A DNA stretch of 64,000 nucleotides, from assembly GCA_028717685.1 (NCBI GenBank), contig JAQUNI010000002.1, positions 7,903 to 71,902 of the forward strand, in the 5' to 3' direction. Positions 57,991 to 64,000 of the stretch are shown here, piece by piece; positions within the stretch are counted from its first letter, which is position 1; each line of letters opens with the position of its first letter. Source of the DNA: Patescibacteria group bacterium. Lineage in GTDB: Bacteria; Patescibacteriota; JAQUNI01. The notes beneath the pieces are model-generated. The model worked only from the letters and a program-made list of their open reading frames with translations, was not told the DNA's origin and did not search any database. The translations under genes and the position numbers were made by a program.

Positions 57991-57995
57991 ATTTT

Positions 57996-59111
57996 ATGGA
58001 GATTAAACCAGATTTAGAAACATTTGCGCGGTTAAAAGTAATAGGCGTTGGCGGCTCAGGGGGGAATGCGATTAATCGGATGATCGCTTCGGATATTAAA
58101 GGCGTGGAATTTATCGCCGTTAATACTGATGCCCAAGCATTACAGAAAAGCAGCGCTCAAACGCGGATTCATATTGGTAAAAATATCACCAAGGGATTGG
58201 GAGCCGGAATGGACCCCGAAGTCGGCAGGCAGGCGTCAGAAGAAGGCCGTGATGAAATTGCTAAGGCATTAAAAGGCGCGGATATGGTTTTTATCACCTG
58301 TGGTTTAGGCGGCGGGACGGGTACGGGCGCGAGCCCCGTGATCGCCAATTTAGCGCGAGAGGCGGGAGTGCTTACGATTGGCGTGATCACGAAACCCTTC
58401 AATTTTGAAGGTTTAGCGCGGCGGAATATCGCGGAACAAGGTTTGGTGTCTTTAGCGAAAGAAGTGGATACGCTGATTACAATTCCCAATGACCGCCTTT
58501 TGCAAGTTATTGATAAATCCACCTCACTTTTAGAGGCTTTTGAAATTGTAGATGATGTTTTGCGCCAAGGCGTGCAGGGTATTTCCGATTTGATTGTCGT
58601 CCCTGGTATTGTCAATGTGGATTTTGCCGACGTAAAAGCAATTATGCGCGATGCCGGTTCTGCTCTAATGGGCATCGGTCGCGCGAGCGGTGAAGGGCGA
58701 GCCAGGGAGGCAGCTAAAGCGGCGATTTCCAGTCCTCTTTTGGAGCTTTCCATTGACGGGGCGAAGGGGGTCCTTTTTAACATAACTGGCGGGTCGGATT
58801 TAGGAATGTATGAGATTGACGAAGCCGCTAAGGTAATTACGGAAAAAGTGTCGCCGGAGGCGAGAATTATTTTCGGCGCGGTGATTGATCCGGAAGTGGA
58901 AGGAGAACTCAAAATCACCGTAATTGCCACGGGCTTTGAGGGGAAAAAGAGGGAGGAAGAAAAGAAAGAGGAGGAAGATATCTTTAGCGCCGAACCCCCA
59001 GAAGAAGCCTTAGAGGTTAAGACTAGAGAAGCGGAAAAAGTAGAAGAAGAAACGAGCAACGAGGACGAATTGGATATCCCTGCTTTCATCAGGAAGAAGA
59101 TGGGAAAATAA
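57996..59111 (+). CDS. ftsZ: Cell division GTPase FtsZ
   Basis: Tubulin signature GGGTGTG, with NTDAQAL and the T7 loop. Confidence 0.95.
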   Translation: MEIKPDLETFARLKVIGVGGSGGNAINRMIASDIKGVEFIAVNTDAQALQKSSAQTRIHIGKNITKGLGAGMDPEVGRQASEEGRDEIAKALKGADMVFITCGLGGGTGTGASPVIANLAREAGVLTIGVITKPFNFEGLARRNIAEQGLVSLAKEVDTLITIPNDRLLQVIDKSTSLLEAFEIVDDVLRQGVQGISDLIVVPGIVNVDFADVKAIMRDAGSALMGIGRASGEGRAREAAKAAISSPLLELSIDGAKGVLFNITGGSDLGMYEIDEAAKVITEKVSPEARIIFGAVIDPEVEGELKITVIATGFEGKKREEEKKEEEDIFSAEPPEEALEVKTREAEKVEEETSNEDELDIPAFIRKKMGK

Positions 59112-59145
59112 AGCTAATTTATTATATTTTTTAATATATTTTTCA

Positions 59146-59180
59146 TAAAACAAGTCTTTTGACTTGTTTTATTATTTCTT
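59146..59180 (+). terminator. Rho-independent terminator after ftsZ (aaaacaagtcTTTTgacttgtttt + T-run)
   Basis: 9-bp stem followed by a T-rich tail. Confidence 0.6.
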
Positions 59181-59312
59181 TTTTAAATTCAAAATCAAAA
59201 ATTTGAATTTTTCATTTTTAACTTTTAATTGGAGCGAAGCGACAGTTATCCACATCCCAATCCCAATCAGTTGTGGTATAATGTTCTTGTTTAATACTAC
59301 ATTTGGTTATTT

Positions 59313-59798
59313 ATGAGATGCCCACATTGCCATGCCAGCGAGACCAAAGTGCTGGATTCCAGGAGCGCGAACGATGGTTTTGTCATTCGGCGCCGCCGCG
59401 AATGCCCGAGATGCCGCTCCCGTTTTTCCACCTATGAAGAAGTGGAATTATTGAATTTTTATGTTATTAAAAAAGACGGTCGGCGCGAGCTCTATGACCG
59501 CACCAAATTAGAACGAGGTATCCGACGCGCTTGCGAAAAACGTCCTATTGCCGAGGAGACAATCTTGAAGATGCTTTCCCGCATTGAACAAAAGATTCGC
59601 GAGGACAGAAAAAGAGAAATAGGGAGCCGCTTAATTGGCGAGTTGGTGATGAAGGAATTAAAAAAGTTGGACGATGTAGCCTATATTCGTTTTGCCTCGG
59701 TCTATAAGTCTTTTAAAGATGTAGAAAGTTTCGCGCAAGAGCTAAGCGCGTTCACGGATCTCAAAAGACAGATTTGCCGTCCCCAAAAAGCCCCATAA
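59313..59798 (+). CDS. nrdR: Transcriptional repressor NrdR
   Basis: Zinc ribbon MRCPHCH...CPRC followed by an ATP-cone. Confidence 0.9.
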   Translation: MRCPHCHASETKVLDSRSANDGFVIRRRRECPRCRSRFSTYEEVELLNFYVIKKDGRRELYDRTKLERGIRRACEKRPIAEETILKMLSRIEQKIREDRKREIGSRLIGELVMKELKKLDDVAYIRFASVYKSFKDVESFAQELSAFTDLKRQICRPQKAP

Positions 59799-59997
59799 AA
59801 TCAAAAATTTTATGGGGGACCCCGAAATAAATAGAAATTAAAATTTAAAGGTTAGCCCGTCTATCAAAGCGGACACTTTTAAAAGGGTATTCGCTTACGA
59901 GCCCTGTCGCTCGAGAGCGACGGGACTCGAGAGCGACAGGGCGAGCGAGTAAAACCCTAAAGGGTTTCGTTCGCGAGCAAAACCCTAAATAATCAAA

Positions 59998-62025
59998 ATG
60001 GCAAAAACAAAACAGGTCAGAGAAATTAAGAAGCGGGATGGCAGGGTTGTCCCCTTTGAACCGGAAAAAGTCGCGACGGCTATTTTTAAGGCGGCGCAAG
60101 CGGTGGGAGGGCGAAATAGGGTGCTTGCTAGACAATTAGCCGCCAAGGTAGTTATCCTTTTAAATGAAAAATTTGATGGTCATACTATCCCATCCGTGGA
60201 ACAAATCCAAGATTTGGTGGAAAAGGTTTTGATTGAAGAAGGGCACGCGAAGACGGCGAAGGCCTATATTCTTTATCGCGATCAACACGCGCGGTTGCGG
60301 GATTTGCGGAAGTTCATTGATTCCGACGAACTAATGGAGGGCTATCTGTCACAGGTGGATTGGCGCGTCCGCGAAAACAGCAATATGACTTTTTCTTTGC
60401 AGGGGCTGAATAACCATGTCGCGTCCTCGGTTTCTTCCCATTATTGGTTGCACAAGATTTATCCTCCGGAAGTGCGGGACGCGCATCTAAATCGGGATTT
60501 CCATATCCATGATCTTCAGCTTTTATCCGCTTACTGCACGGGTTGGGATTTACGCGATCTTTTGATGCGCGGTTTTGGCGGGGTTTCCGGTAAGGTTGAA
60601 TCCCGCCCGCCCAAGCACTTGCGCACAGCCTTGGGCCAGATTGTCAATTTCTTTTATACCGTGCAGGGCGAAATCGCAGGGGCAGTGGCTTTCTCTAATT
60701 TTGATACTTATCTTGCCCCTTTTATCCACTATGATGATTTAAGTTATGGAGATATTAAACAGTGCCTGCAGGAATTTTTATTTAATATGAATGTGCCGAC
60801 GCGGGTAGGTTTTCAAACGCCTTTTACCAATATTACGCTAGATTTAACTGTTCCTAGTAATATTAAAAATGAACCCGTGGTAATTGGGGGAAAGCTTAAA
60901 GATGAAACCTACGGCCGATTTCAGAAGGAAATGGATCTTTTTAATCGTGCCTTTGGCGAAACTATGCTTGAAGGCGATGCTAAGGGACGTGTTTTTTCTT
61001 TTCCTATTCCCACGATTAACATCACCCGCGATTTTCGATGGGGGAAACGTGAATGGAATCCCTTGTGGGAAATGACCGCTAAATACGGCGTCCCATATTT
61101 TGCCAACTTTGTCAATTCTGATATGAGTCCGGATGACGCGCGCAGTATGTGTTGTCGTTTGCGCCTCGACAACCGAGAGCTTCGCAAGAGAGGCGGCGGA
61201 CTCTTTGGGGCGAACCCGCTGACTGGCTCTATCGGGGTAGTCACGATCAATATGCCGCGCTTGGGCTATCTAGCCAAAGACAAAGAAGATTTTTTTAAAC
61301 GTTTGGGAAAAATAATGGCGATTGCGCGCAAAAGCCTGCAGGTGAAAAGAGAGGCGTTAGAGCAATTTACCGAAGGAGGTCTTTATCCCTACTGCCGTCA
61401 TTACTTAGACAAGATTAAAGAATCTTTTGGCGAATACTGGCGCAATCATTTTAACACCATTGGTCTTTTGGGGATGAATGAAGCCTGCCTCAATCTTCTC
61501 AAAACGAACCTTTCTACAAAGAGGGGTCATAAATTTGCCAAGGAAACTTTAGTTTTTATGCGGGAAAGGATGATGGATTATCAGAACGAGGAGAATCAAT
61601 TATATAATTTGGAGGCGACGCCAGCCGAAGGCACAAGCTATAATTTCGCCAAATATGACAAAGAAAAATACCCTAAAATTATTGTGGCGAATGAAAAAGC
61701 TTATCAGGCAGGAGCAAAGCCGTATTACACGAATTCCACCCATCTTCCTGTTAACTTTAGTGATGATTTATTTGAAGCCTTGGACCGTCAGGACGACCTG
61801 CAGAGCCTTTACACGGGCGGTACGGTATTGCACGGTTTTATTGGCGAACGGCTGCCCAATATTACTGCCGTTAAAAGCTTAATTAAAAAGGTTTGCCACC
61901 GCTATCACCTTCCCTATTTTACCCTGACGCCGACCTTCAGCATCTGCCCCAAGCACGGTTATATCGCCGGCGAGCATGAATATTGTCCCAAGTGCGACGC
62001 GGAAATCGGTTACGCAGCCAAATGA
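59998..62025 (+). CDS. nrdD: Anaerobic ribonucleoside-triphosphate reductase NrdD, truncated 8 aa after the C-terminal zinc-binding CxxC pair; lacks the glycyl-radical motif
   Basis: ATP-cone N-terminus (VVPFEPEKVATAIFKA), class III RNR core, and ...CPKHGYIAGEHEYCPKCDAEIGYAAK*. The stop lies inside the repeat motif aaatgaaaagtgaaaaatg. Confidence 0.85.
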   Translation: MAKTKQVREIKKRDGRVVPFEPEKVATAIFKAAQAVGGRNRVLARQLAAKVVILLNEKFDGHTIPSVEQIQDLVEKVLIEEGHAKTAKAYILYRDQHARLRDLRKFIDSDELMEGYLSQVDWRVRENSNMTFSLQGLNNHVASSVSSHYWLHKIYPPEVRDAHLNRDFHIHDLQLLSAYCTGWDLRDLLMRGFGGVSGKVESRPPKHLRTALGQIVNFFYTVQGEIAGAVAFSNFDTYLAPFIHYDDLSYGDIKQCLQEFLFNMNVPTRVGFQTPFTNITLDLTVPSNIKNEPVVIGGKLKDETYGRFQKEMDLFNRAFGETMLEGDAKGRVFSFPIPTINITRDFRWGKREWNPLWEMTAKYGVPYFANFVNSDMSPDDARSMCCRLRLDNRELRKRGGGLFGANPLTGSIGVVTINMPRLGYLAKDKEDFFKRLGKIMAIARKSLQVKREALEQFTEGGLYPYCRHYLDKIKESFGEYWRNHFNTIGLLGMNEACLNLLKTNLSTKRGHKFAKETLVFMRERMMDYQNEENQLYNLEATPAEGTSYNFAKYDKEKYPKIIVANEKAYQAGAKPYYTNSTHLPVNFSDDLFEALDRQDDLQSLYTGGTVLHGFIGERLPNITAVKSLIKKVCHRYHLPYFTLTPTFSICPKHGYIAGEHEYCPKCDAEIGYAAK

Positions 62026-62198
62026 AAAGTGAAAAATGTCAGCCCTAGATCGTTCAGACTGTTCAGGTTCTGAAAAGCTTTTAGGCTCTGAATGAACTCT
62101 GATGAGTCTTCAGACTCGAAGAGCTGGTCCGCTCTTCAGGCGGAAAGATGAAAAACGATAATTAAAAATAAAAAAATAATTTTAAGGAGGAAGATAGA

Positions 62199-62354
62199 AT
62201 GAAAAACACAATACAAAATTTAGAATCACAACGAACGCGATGTGAAGTTTATTCGCGTGTTGTTGGTTATTTGCGGCCGGTGAAACAGTGGAATGACGGG
62301 AAGCAGGAGGAGTTTCATGATCGGAAGGAATATAATAAGGCATTAGGGAAATAA
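62199..62354 (+). CDS. Separately encoded NrdD C-terminal glycyl-radical domain (51 aa)
   Basis: MKNTIQNLESQRTRCEVYSRVVGYLRPVKQWNDGKQEEFHDRKEY carries the class III RNR glycyl-radical signature (RVVGY...W..GK..E...R). It has its own SD ttaaggagg 8 nt upstream. It is out of frame with the upstream fragment (173-nt gap). Confidence 0.7.
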   Translation: MKNTIQNLESQRTRCEVYSRVVGYLRPVKQWNDGKQEEFHDRKEYNKALGK

Positions 62355-62408
62355 TCAGTAATTGGTAATTGGGGCAACTCGCCTTTCGGGTGAGAATATT
62401 ATTATTTT

Positions 62409-63110
62409 ATGCAAATCCGCGGTTTTCAGAAATTTTCTCTTCTCGATTACCCGGGAAAGATTGCGGCGATTATTTTCACATCAGGCTGCACCCTCCGGTG
62501 CCCTTTTTGTTATAATCCTGAATTAGTGAGAGGCGACTCCCGCTTGCCCGTTTTTACCGAGACGGAAGTGTTAAAGTTTTTGGGCAAAAGAAAAGGCAAA
62601 TTGGAAGCATTGGTAATTACCGGCGGCGAGCCGACCCTGCAGGCGGATTTGCCTCGTTTTATTTCGCGAGTGAAGGATTTAGGTTACCTGGTTAAATTAG
62701 ATACTAATGGTTCCAACCCTGCGATGTTAAAGAAGTTGATTCAAAAAAAATTTGTGGATTACGCGGCGATGGATTTAAAAACCAGCTGGCAGGATTATTC
62801 AAAGGTGCAGCCAGCTGTAGAGCTTGCGCGGATCAAAGAGAGCGTAATTTTTTTGCTCAAAGCGAAAAAGCCAGATGGGTTCCATTATGAATTTCGGACC
62901 ACTCTTTTCCCGCCTCTTGTGCGCAAGGATAATTTGGAGGAAATGGTCAAGATTATCGTCGGCGCGGAAAAATACGCGCTCCAGCAATATCAGCCCCTCA
63001 AAACATTGGCGCCCGATCCGGAGAGAAAAGTTTATAGGGAGAGCGTGATCCAAGGATTCAGAAAGATAGCGGAGAAGTATGTGAGGAAAGTGGAAATTAG
63101 AGGAGTTTAA
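62409..63110 (+). CDS. nrdG: Anaerobic ribonucleotide reductase activating protein (radical SAM)
   Basis: CTLRCPFC (CxxxCxxC) at the N-terminus. ~230 aa. Immediately downstream of nrdD. Confidence 0.8.
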   Translation: MQIRGFQKFSLLDYPGKIAAIIFTSGCTLRCPFCYNPELVRGDSRLPVFTETEVLKFLGKRKGKLEALVITGGEPTLQADLPRFISRVKDLGYLVKLDTNGSNPAMLKKLIQKKFVDYAAMDLKTSWQDYSKVQPAVELARIKESVIFLLKAKKPDGFHYEFRTTLFPPLVRKDNLEEMVKIIVGAEKYALQQYQPLKTLAPDPERKVYRESVIQGFRKIAEKYVRKVEIRGV

Positions 63111-63256
63111 AATTTTTAATTCTTAATTTTTGATTTTTAACTAATTTTTATTTGCTTATTGATTTATTGCGTTGCCAAGGTTAAATAATTCAATAAGACA
63201 TTAAAACAATAAAAATTAGCTAAAAAATAAGAAATAAAAATTAAAAACTATTTTTT

Positions 63257-63685
63257 ATGAAAATCACAATAAAACGCGTAGATAAAAGTTTACCGCTTCC
63301 TAAATATGAAACCAGTGGTGCGGTTGCTTTTGATTTTCTTTGCCGCGAAGGAGCCTTAGTTAAACCCAAAGAGATTAAATTAATTCCGGCGAACGTGATT
63401 ATAAAAATTCCGTCGGGATATATGCTGCTTTTAGCCTCGCGCTCTTCAACATCAATGAAAAAGGGCTTAATGCTGATTAATGGCATTGGCGTTATTGATC
63501 AGGATTATTGCGGGTCCGAGGATGAAATCAGGGTTCAAGTTTATAATTTTACGGATCAAGAAGTAAGAGTGGAAAAGGGGGATCGTTTAGCCCAAGGGAT
63601 TTTTGTGAAGATTGAAAGAGGAGAATGGAGGGAAGTAGAAAAGACGCAAAATCATTCCCGTGGGGGTTTTGGGTCAACGGGGTAA
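63257..63685 (+). CDS. dut: dUTP diphosphatase
   Basis: dUTPase motifs including C-terminal motif V RGGFGSTG. Confidence 0.85.
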   Translation: MKITIKRVDKSLPLPKYETSGAVAFDFLCREGALVKPKEIKLIPANVIIKIPSGYMLLLASRSSTSMKKGLMLINGIGVIDQDYCGSEDEIRVQVYNFTDQEVRVEKGDRLAQGIFVKIERGEWREVEKTQNHSRGGFGSTG

Positions 63686-63787
63686 GACGGCAAATTTGTT
63701 TTTTTCGTGTTAAAATAGGAATAAGAGATAAAAACGCAGGAACAAAAAATTTTTGTTCCTGCGGATAATTTAAATTGATCTCCATTT

Positions 63788-64000
63788 ATGACCCAAGCGG
63801 AAGCTTTTGCGATCTTAAAATTAGGCTACAACGCGCTATTGACCGGACCGCCGGGGTCAGGCAAGACTTTTTTATTGAATCAATTTATCCAATACTTAAA
63901 AAAACACGGGGAGAACGTCGCTATTACCGCTTCCACGGGCATTGCCGCTACCCATATGAACGGCGTGACTATTCATTCTTGGTCTGGCTTGGGCATTAGG
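63788..64000 (+). CDS. PIF1/RecD-like (AAA_30) DNA helicase, 3' partial (runs off the window)
   Basis: Walker A GPPGSGKTF, motif Ia TASTGIAA, then TIHSWSGLGI. No stop before the window end. Confidence 0.65.
   Translation, partial: MTQAEAFAILKLGYNALLTGPPGSGKTFLLNQFIQYLKKHGENVAITASTGIAATHMNGVTIHSWSGLGIR

Noticed and set aside
58169-59089. 306-aa ORF on the minus strand
   Set aside because: It is entirely antisense to ftsZ, which has unmistakable tubulin/GTPase motifs. Its translation is low-complexity (S/A/P-rich).
62099-62125. Hammerhead-ribozyme-like core (CUGAUGAG-stem-loop-CGAAG) inside the nrdD gap
   Set aside because: The stem II hairpin gaguc-uuca-gacuc is present. The invariant A15.1 is replaced and convincing helices I/III with a cleavage triplet are not found. 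It is treated as coincidental unless a covariance-model search says otherwise.

Overview
This 64-kb window looks like a bacterial chromosome segment from a small, AT-leaning genome. The likely source is a Candidate Phyla Radiation / Patescibacteria-type genome, and this is an inference from gene content: a type-2 IleRS, a single-chain GlyRS, a TrmB regulator, giant LamG surface proteins and a pilin-like C-terminal domain protein. It is dense in housekeeping genes: ileS, glyQS, metG, leuS, hisS, recO, tatD, glyA, tsaC, parAB, topA, dprA, mfd, pth, lepB, rpsU-yqeY, ybeY-dgkA, ftsA-ftsZ, nrdR-nrdD-nrdG-dut. The first 8 kb holds two giant LamG-repeat surface-protein genes. Each is followed by a small four-helix-bundle protein gene (the 23S-rRNA-intervening-sequence protein family) that sits inside its own inverted-repeat cassette. 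Three further features are unusual. First, the anaerobic ribonucleotide reductase gene nrdD is split by a ~170-bp repeat-containing insertion, and the glycyl-radical domain is encoded as a separate 51-codon ORF with its own Shine-Dalgarno. Second, a radical-SAM/SPASM enzyme has a ~100-aa N-terminal extension and elevated GC, sits between parB and topA, and is a candidate peptide maturase. Third, short palindromic or AT-rich repeat elements are inserted in frame inside essential genes (ileS, leuS, metG, mfd), reminiscent of Rickettsia palindromic elements. Nearly every intergenic region carries inverted-repeat, MITE-like elements from a few sequence families. A tRNA-Leu(CAA) lies in a 1.2-kb non-coding island, and a GC-rich structured candidate ncRNA lies upstream of a TSP3-repeat/pseudopilin membrane protein. 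I found no CRISPR array, rRNA or reverse transcriptase. Every call is from reading the sequence and the ORF translations without tools, so all homology statements are motif-level recognitions rather than search results.
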